Source: Gaiellaceae bacterium
GTDB taxonomy: Bacteria; Actinomycetota; Thermoleophilia; Gaiellales; Gaiellaceae
Direction of reading: 5' to 3'
DNA length: 64,000 nt
NCBI GenBank assembly: GCA_035293125.1
Contig: DATDOS010000158.1
Span: forward strand, 8,963-72,962
In this document: one piece after another, positions 57,189 to 64,000 of the stretch
How the letters are laid out: each line of letters opens with the position of its first letter
Position numbering within the stretch: position 1 is the first letter of the stretch
Notes under the pieces: model-generated
Told to the model about the DNA's origin: nothing
Databases searched by the model: none
The model's input: only the letters and a program-made list of their open reading frames with translations
Position numbers and translations under genes: made by a program

Positions 57189-58253
57189 ATGGGGACGATG
57201 CCCAGGAATCGAGTTCAACGCCTCGGCGCGATCGGCCTCATCTCGGCAGTCGGGCTCGTAGCGACAGCCGGTGCCGCATCGGCACCGGCCACGGGGTCTC
57301 AGCTCGCTGCGAACTCTGCGCGAGCGAGCTCGCAGATCGCCTTCATCAGCGAGCCTCCGGCCGGCGGCTACTGCGGCCTTGTCTACGTCATGAACGCCGA
57401 CGGGAGCAGGCGGCACAGGCTGGCCGATGGCCCGGCGGATGAGTGCGCGCAGGAGTGGGGTCCAGCCTGGGCGCCCGACGGGCGGACGATCGCCTTCGTC
57501 GGCAATTCCAAGATCTACGTCACGAACGCCAACGGGAGCGGGCAGCGGCGGCTGACGCACACCGCTGCCTCGGAAGGTTCTCCGGCCTGGTCGCCCGACG
57601 GGCGGAGGATCGCCTTCACGAGATACCGCCAGAGCACTGGCGAGATCTACATCGTGAACGCCGACGGCACTGGGCAGCGGAGGCTGACACGCAACGGGGC
57701 GGGCAACTTCGCTCCGGTCTGGGGATACTTCGCTCCGGTCTGGTCGCCCGACGGGCAGAGGATCGCCTTCGTCAGCCGACGTGACGGCAACTTGGAGGTC
57801 TACGTCATGAACGCCGACGGGAGCAGGGAGCGGAGGCTGACACACAACGCTGTGCGCGACGAATACCCACTCTGGTCGCCCGACGGGCGAAGGATCGCCT
57901 ACGTCAACAATTTGCGACAGGTCTACGTCATGAACGCCGATGGCAGCGGGCAGCGGAGCCTGACAGGCAACGCTGCGCGCAGCGTCGCTCCTGCCTGGTC
58001 TCCCGACGGACAGAGGATCGCCTTCGTCAACGACGGCGTCAACGTCATCAACGCCGACGGGAGCGGGCAGCGGAGGCTGTCGCAAGACGGCGCGCAACCT
58101 TCCTGGTCGCCCGATGGCCAGAAGATCGCGTTCGCGAAGAACTCCGACATCTACGTCATGAACGCCGACGGAAGCGGACAGCGGAACTTGACGCGCAGCA
58201 ACCGTCGCGAAAGCTCGCCTCTCTGGTCGCCCGGACGGAGCAGCGCAGGATGA
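57189..58253 (+). CDS. Secreted PD40/TolB-like beta-propeller repeat protein
   Basis: 354 aa with a signal peptide. Seven or more repeats of the form IYVMNADGSGQRRLT...P.WSPDG.RIAF. Confidence 0.85.
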   Translation: MGTMPRNRVQRLGAIGLISAVGLVATAGAASAPATGSQLAANSARASSQIAFISEPPAGGYCGLVYVMNADGSRRHRLADGPADECAQEWGPAWAPDGRTIAFVGNSKIYVTNANGSGQRRLTHTAASEGSPAWSPDGRRIAFTRYRQSTGEIYIVNADGTGQRRLTRNGAGNFAPVWGYFAPVWSPDGQRIAFVSRRDGNLEVYVMNADGSRERRLTHNAVRDEYPLWSPDGRRIAYVNNLRQVYVMNADGSGQRSLTGNAARSVAPAWSPDGQRIAFVNDGVNVINADGSGQRRLSQDGAQPSWSPDGQKIAFAKNSDIYVMNADGSGQRNLTRSNRRESSPLWSPGRSSAG

Positions 58254-59191
58254 GCACGCCGAGGAAGATCGGCGTGCTCGCCGTGGCAGCGGCGATCAGC
58301 CTTGCGGCGCTGGCCGTCGTCCTGATGGCACGCCCCGAAACTGCGACAACTCGAGGTGCGAACGCTCCGCTCGAGCCGAGAACCGCGGTGACGAAGCCCG
58401 GCGCGCCGAAGTTCGACTACGTGTTCGACCTGAACACCGGCGTCAAGACACCGCTGCCCAGCGCCATCATCCGATCGGCGGCCAAGCTGGGGCAGTATGC
58501 GGCCTCACCCGACGGATCCCTGCTCGCCTACGTCGGGGACGACAACGACGGAACCCCTCAGATCTTCGTTGCACGCGTCGACGGCAGCGGGATCCGACAG
58601 TTGACCCACGATCCGGTGCGTGCCGCGTCGCCCGCTTGGTCGCCGGATGGGACCAAGATCGCGTACGGGGGATTCGGGAGTCTCTTCGTGCTCGATGTCG
58701 CCACGGGCGAATCCACACCGACTGCTGGCGCAGGCGGACCCTGGGCTCAGCCCCAGTTCACGCCGGACGGCTCGTCACTCCTGTACACCGACCCTGGCCC
58801 GTCTGACTATGGCTCGGTACTCCGGACCGTCCCGATCGAAGGCGGGAAGAGCACGGTCCTGATCGGCCCGGACGAGGGAATGGGCCACGCGGGGAACGGC
58901 TCGCTGTCACCTGACGGCTCGCTCGTGACCATGATGGGCAACGAGATCAACGGTCCCGGGGCGATCCGCTTTGTCGCCAACGTCGACGGCACGGAGCTGC
59001 GATCCATCCCCGAAGGCAGCTCGAATCCGGCGGGGACATGGTCTCCCGACGGAGACCGGATCGTCTGCTCGGACTACGCACGGAGGAACATCCTCGTCGT
59101 CGACATCGCGACGGGCAGCGCTTCGCGCGTCGCCAAAGGCCGTGCGGCGATCTGGCTGGGTGCGCACGCGTTGCTCGTCGACGTCGCCTGA
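58250..59191 (+). CDS. Membrane-anchored PD40-like beta-propeller protein
   Basis: 313 aa, ATGA overlap with the upstream gene. N-terminal TM IGVLAVAAAISLAALAVVLM and repeats SPDGSLLAY and WSPDGTKIAY. Confidence 0.8.
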   Translation: MSTPRKIGVLAVAAAISLAALAVVLMARPETATTRGANAPLEPRTAVTKPGAPKFDYVFDLNTGVKTPLPSAIIRSAAKLGQYAASPDGSLLAYVGDDNDGTPQIFVARVDGSGIRQLTHDPVRAASPAWSPDGTKIAYGGFGSLFVLDVATGESTPTAGAGGPWAQPQFTPDGSSLLYTDPGPSDYGSVLRTVPIEGGKSTVLIGPDEGMGHAGNGSLSPDGSLVTMMGNEINGPGAIRFVANVDGTELRSIPEGSSNPAGTWSPDGDRIVCSDYARRNILVVDIATGSASRVAKGRAAIWLGAHALLVDVA

Positions 59192-59237
59192 GGATCGCGT
59201 CGAGCGCTCCCGTCGGGGCAGAACGGACGCCGTCAGC

Positions 59238-59281
59238 TGTAGCTCGACTGAAACGGACCTGAAACGGCTCGGGTCGATCAT
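59238..59281 (+). promoter_or_regulatory. Candidate SARP-dependent promoter (d): TGTAGCTC-N3-TGAAACGG-N3-TGAAACGG-8 nt-GATCAT
   Basis: Repeats at 59238/59249/59260, 37 nt upstream of ATG 59318. Confidence 0.6.
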
Positions 59282-59317
59282 CCGCTTCCGACAGATGACC
59301 ATCGAGAGGAGGCACCG

Positions 59318-59764
59318 ATGAACGTCCGATACACCGTGCTCGTCGCCGTCGCGGCGGCGGTCGCACTGGCGTCTGTCGCCACTGCGGCACCCGACGCCGG
59401 CAGACAGCAGATCACGATCATGTCGCGGCTGTATCCGGGTGGGACATTCGTGTTCACACCGCTGGTACCCGGAGCGCTGAAGCGTGACTCCGGCAAGGTC
59501 GGCGTCGAGGACTCCGGCTACGACACCAGCGACTTCACGTTCAGGGGGAAGCGCGGCACCCTCACGCTTCGCGAGCAGACCGAGTGGGTGGACATCTGGA
59601 ACGAGGAAGTGAACGGCGTCACTCCAGGGGTGTCCATCGGCCCATGGAAGGTCGTGCGGGGGACCGGCCAGTACGCCAAGGTCACCGGAAGCGGCCGGAG
59701 TGTCCAGGTCGGGCTCGGCAACATCTGGTACGCGCGCCACGAGGGGTACCTCAAGGTCCCGTAG
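59318..59764 (+). CDS. Small secreted protein, paralog 2 (148 aa)
   Basis: GAGGAGG RBS and signal peptide. Motifs RGKRGTLTLRE and WKVVRGTGQYAKVTGSG...GYL. Confidence 0.75.
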   Translation: MNVRYTVLVAVAAAVALASVATAAPDAGRQQITIMSRLYPGGTFVFTPLVPGALKRDSGKVGVEDSGYDTSDFTFRGKRGTLTLREQTEWVDIWNEEVNGVTPGVSIGPWKVVRGTGQYAKVTGSGRSVQVGLGNIWYARHEGYLKVP

Positions 59765-59817
59765 CGCCCTGCGACGCGACGGGCGGCGCGCACTCGTGTG
59801 CCGCTCGTCTCCGCACT

Positions 59818-59861
59818 TGTTGCGCAGGTGAAACGGACCTGAAACGGGCCGGGTCGACCAT
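59818..59861 (+). promoter_or_regulatory. Candidate SARP-dependent promoter (e): TGTTGCGC-N3-TGAAACGG-N3-TGAAACGG-8 nt-GACCAT
   Basis: Repeats at 59818/59829/59840, 40 nt upstream of ATG 59901. Confidence 0.6.
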
Positions 59862-59900
59862 CGAATTCGACAGTCGAGTCTCCCGACCAGGAGGTACCCC

Positions 59901-60371
59901 ATGAAAGCTCGATATGCCGTGCTCGTCGCGATCGTCGCGGCGGTCACGCTCACGTCCGTTGCGGCGGCCGGCCCTGACGCGGCGAAGCAGCGCGTGGCGA
60001 TCGTGATGAATGACTTGCCCGACGGCAAGTTCTTGCTCAGCCCATTCCAGCTCGGAGCGGTCAAGAGCGACTCGGGCAGGACCAGCGTCGCCCTGAGCGG
60101 CCCGAACGTCGTGATGCGCGAGGGGCAGACGATCGAGGTCTGGCGCAATACCTGGACGCTCACGGGAAAGCGGGGGAGCCTCACGATTCGAGAGCGCGTC
60201 GAGTGGATCGACGCCGGGCAGCCCTTTATCGGCACCGGCACCTGGAAGCTCGTGCGGGGAACGGGCCAGTACGCCGGGATCGCGGGTAGCGGGCGGAGTG
60301 CCTCTGCGGGGCTCAATCGTGCGAATGGGGCCTGGTTCGTGCGCTACGAAGGCTTCCTCATCCTGCCGTAG
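59901..60371 (+). CDS. Small secreted protein, paralog 3 (156 aa)
   Basis: CAGGAGG RBS and signal peptide. Motifs TGKRGSLTIRE and WKLVRGTGQYAGIAGSG...GFL. Confidence 0.75.
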   Translation: MKARYAVLVAIVAAVTLTSVAAAGPDAAKQRVAIVMNDLPDGKFLLSPFQLGAVKSDSGRTSVALSGPNVVMREGQTIEVWRNTWTLTGKRGSLTIRERVEWIDAGQPFIGTGTWKLVRGTGQYAGIAGSGRSASAGLNRANGAWFVRYEGFLILP

Positions 60372-60386
60372 CGCACTGCCCGAGAC

Positions 60387-60414
60387 GGGCGGCGCGTCCC
60401 CGGGCGCGCCGCCC
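60387..60414 (+). terminator. GC-rich hairpin after paralog 3
   Basis: GGGCGGCGCG ... CGCGCCGCCC, a perfect 10-bp stem. Confidence 0.55.
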
Positions 60415-60496
60415 ACCACCGGTGGAGTTGACGGGGTAAGGGGACGCGCGTCAGCGTCGAGGGATCTATCCACGTCCCCTCCGAAAGGAGCGACGC

Positions 60497-61405
60497 ATGA
60501 AGCACCAATCGAAGGTCGGAGTCTCCGCCGCAGTCGTGCTCGTCGCGCTGCTGGCCACGACGGTCGCATCTGCGATGAACTTCTCGCCCTGGGCGCCCGC
60601 ACAGGCCGTGGCCGAACTGAACACTGCGTCGAGTGACGGCTGCCCGATCCAGTCACCCGACGGTCTGAGCTTCTACCTGGCCTCGAACCGCACGGGCACA
60701 CTCGGCGGTCTCGACATCTGGGTCGCGACACGGGAGGACGCCGACGATCCTTGGTCGACGCCCGTGAATCTCGGGGCGCCGATCAACTCGGCGGCTGACG
60801 ACTTCTGCCCGACGCCAATCCGCGGGGGCGGTCTCTTCTTCGCGAGCAGGCGGGAGCCCGCAAGCTGTGGCACGAATGACAGCGACCTCTACTTCACCCG
60901 CCTCAACCCGGCCCACGGGTGGAGCGAGCCGCTGCACCTCGCGTGCGCGGTCGATGGAGGCCCGAACAGCACCCTCGACGAGATGGGCCCCTCGTACGTG
61001 GAAGTCGATGGACGGGGGCTCCTCTTCTTCTCGAGCGGCCCCGACATCTACATGAGCGAGCGGGGTTCGGGCTGGAGCTTCGGCCCGGCGCAAGCCGTCA
61101 CGGAGCTCAACAGCGCGTCGAGCGACATTCAGCCGAACGTCCGCAAGGACGGGCGCGAGGTCGTCTTCGCCTCGAACCGCGTGGACACGCTGGGCGGCCA
61201 GGACATCTGGATCGCTACACGGGAGGACGCCGACGATCCGTTCTCGACGCCCGTGAACCTCGGCTCGGCTGTCAACACCACGGCCAACAATGAGACACGC
61301 CCCTCGTTCTCCCGGGACGCCAAGATGCTCTACTTCGGTCGCGCGCCGACCGCCGGAGGACCGGGCGACATCTACATGACGACGCGGGAGAAGCTCGCAG
61401 GCTGA
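60497..61405 (+). CDS. Secreted PD40/TolB-like repeat protein
   Basis: 302 aa with AAAGGAG RBS and a signal peptide. The repeated module ELN(T/S)ASSD..P..S.DG...(F/Y).ASNR...LGG.DIW(V/I)ATREDADDP(W/F)STPVNLG occurs twice. Confidence 0.8.
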   Translation: MKHQSKVGVSAAVVLVALLATTVASAMNFSPWAPAQAVAELNTASSDGCPIQSPDGLSFYLASNRTGTLGGLDIWVATREDADDPWSTPVNLGAPINSAADDFCPTPIRGGGLFFASRREPASCGTNDSDLYFTRLNPAHGWSEPLHLACAVDGGPNSTLDEMGPSYVEVDGRGLLFFSSGPDIYMSERGSGWSFGPAQAVTELNSASSDIQPNVRKDGREVVFASNRVDTLGGQDIWIATREDADDPFSTPVNLGSAVNTTANNETRPSFSRDAKMLYFGRAPTAGGPGDIYMTTREKLAG

Positions 61406-61427
61406 TCCAGCTGTCAGGCGAGATCGA

Positions 61428-61457
61428 GGCGAGGGCCCGCGAACCCGGGCCCTCGCC
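61428..61457 (+). terminator. Strong GC hairpin after the PD40 gene
   Basis: GGCGAGGGCCCG-CGAACC-CGGGCCCTCGCC, a perfect 12-bp stem. Confidence 0.7.
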
Positions 61458-61658
61458 GAGTCTCACAGCGCTTCACCGTCCACCTCGCGGGCCCGGGGTG
61501 GTGCCGCGCCCGAGTGCGAATTGGGGTCAGGTCTCGAGTGTTGCGTGATGGGCGTGCAACGAGAGGGACCTGACCCCGTTGCGGATGCCGTGATTGAGCG
61601 GGCCACGGATGACGGGGTACTGTCCAGACCCCATCGCCTGGTCCTCGAGGAGGAGATC

Positions 61659-62141
61659 ATGAGCGTCCCACGTGAGGGTGGCTGCGCCTGCGGAGCGGTT
61701 CGCTATCGGCTTACGTCCGATCCGCTCTTCACGCATTGCTGTCACTGCCTGAACTGCCAGCGCCAGACCGGAAGCGCCTTCGTTATCAACCTGCTGATCG
61801 AGACCGACCGCGTGGAGCTGCTCGCTGGCGACCCCCAGCCGGTCGACGTGCCTCGCGACGACGGCAGCAAACAGACGATCTTCCGCTGTCCGACCTGCCA
61901 GGTCGCGGTCTTCAGCCAGTACGGACGCCCTGAGCTGCGGTTCGTTCGCGGCGGTACGCTCGACGACCCATCGGGAGTCACTCCAGACGTTCATATCTTC
62001 ACCAGGTCCAAGCTCCCCTGGATCACGCTGCCGGAGTCGGTGCCGGCGTTCGAGGTCTACTACGACATGAAAGCCTTGTGGCCGGCCGCGAGTCTCGAGC
62101 GGCTCGAGGCGATCATGGCGCCGGCCGGCTCGGACGACTGA
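61659..62141 (+). CDS. GFA/CENP-V family zinc protein
   Basis: ATG 61659 after GGAGGAG. Motifs GGCACGAVRY...HCCHCLNCQRQTGSAF...FRCPTCQ typical of the GFA domain. Confidence 0.85.
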   Translation: MSVPREGGCACGAVRYRLTSDPLFTHCCHCLNCQRQTGSAFVINLLIETDRVELLAGDPQPVDVPRDDGSKQTIFRCPTCQVAVFSQYGRPELRFVRGGTLDDPSGVTPDVHIFTRSKLPWITLPESVPAFEVYYDMKALWPAASLERLEAIMAPAGSDD

Positions 62142-62180
62142 GGCCGACAAGAAACGGGCCTCGTTGCAGCGGCTACGAGA

Positions 62181-62224
62181 CGGGAGCGACGGGACTCGAA
62201 CCCGCGACCTCCGGCGTGACAGGC
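62181..62224 (-). repeat. tRNA-Asp(GTC) 3'-half fragment, copy 3
   Basis: Same core CGGGAGCGACGGGACTCGAACCCGCGACCTCCGGCGTGACAGGC. The 5' strand of the anticodon stem is not preserved, and there is no 5' half. Confidence 0.85.
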
Positions 62225-62472
62225 TTGCGGCGCGCACCAGCGGCCAGAACCGATGGCTAAGAAACGGGCTTAGCTATCCCCAACAAGGCTGTTTCGAGCT
62301 TCGCGATACCCGTTGGCTCGTGTGAGTACTTGCCAAAGACTTGCCAAGAGAACCGGGCGGGGCGAGAAGCCGTGCCGCTCGGACGCAAGAAGTGCTCGTC
62401 CCAGCGCGCCACCTTCGCGGGATCGCCGTCGTCGAGCAGCGTCCAGGACCTCGCCCTCGGGCGTGAGGGCGA

Positions 62473-63615
62473 TCAGCCGGTCGGCGTTGACTCGACCCGG
62501 CGGAGGTCGTAGTTCCTGCCGATCTCCATCCACGCCTCGCCATCGATCTCGGCCACCGGCCCCGTCTGTCCGTCGAGGGAGATCTGCCGATGCTCTACCA
62601 CCATCGGATCGTTCGCCCGGAGAACCTCGAACCGCCCCGCCTCAAGCAGCACGCCGAAGGCTCCGTCCATAGGACCCAGGTACCAGATCTCTCCCGGAGA
62701 GACGGTGTCGAGAACTTCTCCATCGACGATCGAGGTCACCTGGTAGCGGGTCGCGACATAGGCCACATCACCGTCGAACGCGACACTCAGCACCTCGTGG
62801 CCGATGTCATCGACCGGGATCACCGTCACCTCGAGGGTGTCGGCGTCGATCATCGCCACCCCGCCCTCGCCGAGAGGAACCCAGATCGCGCCGGCCCCTG
62901 CCTCGGGAGCATCGAGGCCGCTGTCACGTTGGTGGTGGACGGGTGGGATCTCGATGCTGGTCGTCGACAGATCCGGATCGATCCGGACCAATCGCCCCCG
63001 AACCAGTGCTCCAGGGCCGGATGGCTCTACGGGCGCGACCCACACCGATCCGAACGCCCACGGTCCGAACTCCACCGGTCCGGACACCCCCAACGCATGA
63101 CCGTCCTCGTCCTTGATCGTGACGTGGTCGAGTATCCGTCCATCGGAGGCGTTGATCCGTGACACCGTCCAGTCTTCACGAGCAACCCAGGGATCACCGT
63201 CCACGACCACGACGTCGGTCGACTTTCCATCCAGTTCGGTTCGCCACAGCTCGACGCCGGCGTCGTCGAAGGCCGCCAGCACCGCGGTCTCCGTCTGGAT
63301 GAGGTCGTACTCACCGTGTTCGGGCACCTCGTCAATCTGGCCGGGCAGCACGTAGAGGTGACCCCCGTCCTTGGCAGCTCTTCCGACGAATCCGACCAGG
63401 CGGTCACCGAACTGGATGAGGTCGGGAGTGACGGTGATCTCCTCCCCCTGCGGCGGCGCGGTCCGTTGGTCAACCGTCGAACCAGGATCGCGACTGTTGT
63501 TGATCAGCGCGACTCCCCCGACGACAAGCAGTGTGCACGCGGCGGCCGCGGCGGCGAACCAAAGCGTGGAGCGTCGTCCACGCTTCGTGCCGTGAGGTTG
63601 CTGCGTGCCGGCGAT
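62473..63615 (-). CDS. Hypothetical protein with predicted N-terminal membrane anchor (start uncertain; first canonical start is GTG 63351)
   Basis: Track ORF 62473..63351. The same frame stays open to a TAA at 63624-63622 and encodes RRSTLWFAAAAAACTLLVVGGVALINN upstream of GTG 63351. Only ATC (63615) or ACG codons are available there. Confidence 0.55.
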   Translation of the reverse strand: MAGTQQPHGTKRGRRSTLWFAAAAAACTLLVVGGVALINNSRDPGSTVDQRTAPPQGEEITVTPDLIQFGDRLVGFVGRAAKDGGHLYVLPGQIDEVPEHGEYDLIQTETAVLAAFDDAGVELWRTELDGKSTDVVVVDGDPWVAREDWTVSRINASDGRILDHVTIKDEDGHALGVSGPVEFGPWAFGSVWVAPVEPSGPGALVRGRLVRIDPDLSTTSIEIPPVHHQRDSGLDAPEAGAGAIWVPLGEGGVAMIDADTLEVTVIPVDDIGHEVLSVAFDGDVAYVATRYQVTSIVDGEVLDTVSPGEIWYLGPMDGAFGVLLEAGRFEVLRANDPMVVEHRQISLDGQTGPVAEIDGEAWMEIGRNYDLRRVESTPTG

Positions 63616-63645
63616 CGGGTCTTATACCGCCTGCTCGCAGCCGGG

Positions 63646-63978
63646 TCAAGACGGCGGCCGTCGCGCCCCCACTGCTTGCCGAACAGGTACGCGGCACAGG
63701 CGTTGCCGAGCTCGGCGACCAGCGTCTCCCAGGCCACCTCGTGGTGCGACTCGAACGTCGGCCAGTACTGACCTGCCGCGCCATGGTGCCCCACGCCATG
63801 CGGAACGCCACGTCGAGTCCACGAATTGGGGGTCGTCGCGCATTGTCTGTGCGCCGAGAAGCCGGATCCGGCCCCGCTTGTACCAGTACTCCCGCTCGAT
63901 CAGCGGCTCATCCCAACCCGCGCTGTGCAGCCGCGGGTCGATCAACTTCACTCTCATGTCAGCCTCGGAAAGCCCCAT
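63646..63978 (-). pseudogene. Fragment of an HsdR_N-type (type I restriction R-subunit N-terminal, PD-(D/E)xK) protein; likely degenerate
   Basis: MGLSEADMRVKLIDPRLHSAGWDEPLIEREYWYKRGRIRLLGAQTMRDDPQFVD matches the HsdR N-terminal pattern (SEA.tR.kLIdP.L..aGW...I.rE...). After that the frame turns into Arg/Trp-rich text, while another frame carries protein-like sequence (QYWPTFESHHEVAWETLVAELGNA). Confidence 0.45.
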
Positions 63979-64000
63979 CGCCCAGCTCAGTGGCCAAGGG

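Overview
High-GC (~70% by eye), actinobacterium-like chromosomal window, read on both strands without tools. (i) 1-30.6 kb is a very dense amino-acid biosynthesis supercluster. It holds a SAM-I riboswitch-controlled second threonine-synthase paralog, proA-proB and amt. A ~10.4 kb translationally coupled leuA-leuB-ilvB-ilvN-ilvC-hom-thrC-thrB-ilvD string lies on the minus strand, preceded by a Leu-rich leader peptide. It also holds gltB (no gltD), ilvE, hisA-aroG-tyrA, and a his operon (TrpR/YerC-like gene, hisG, hisD, an in-frame hisC-hisB fusion, hisH, hisF, hisIE). (ii) 31.0-37.9 kb encodes a Tat-exported PsrABC-type molybdoenzyme with a TorD-like chaperone and an MvhD-domain polyferredoxin. 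(iii) 38.0-64 kb looks accessory. Three direct copies of the 3' half of tRNA-Asp(GTC), at 38014, 49959 and 62181 (about 12 kb apart), partition it. Block 1 has a two-component system and a tightly coupled operon: two cupredoxins, a CydA-like haem protein without CydB, a membrane cytochrome c, two small membrane proteins, a USP protein with BchB-C-terminal-like repeats, and a fused twin radical-SAM/SPASM (AhbD/NirJ-like) enzyme. Block 2 has a 1499-aa Ser/Thr kinase-STAND NTPase-TM-WD40 protein, a SARP-family regulator, three paralogous small secreted proteins and three PD40/TolB-like proteins. Five promoters in block 2 carry the same 11-bp-phased TGAAACGG repeat array. Two other signals recur. 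REP/MITE-like hairpin repeats occur at several loci, and one module supplies the C-terminus of a truncated leuA. Several conserved genes have conserved N-termini with no ATG/GTG/TTG start (CTG at CTGA overlaps; an in-frame TGA before ilvE). All functional calls rest on motif recognition in the translated ORFs, not on database searches. Start codons are the least certain coordinates.
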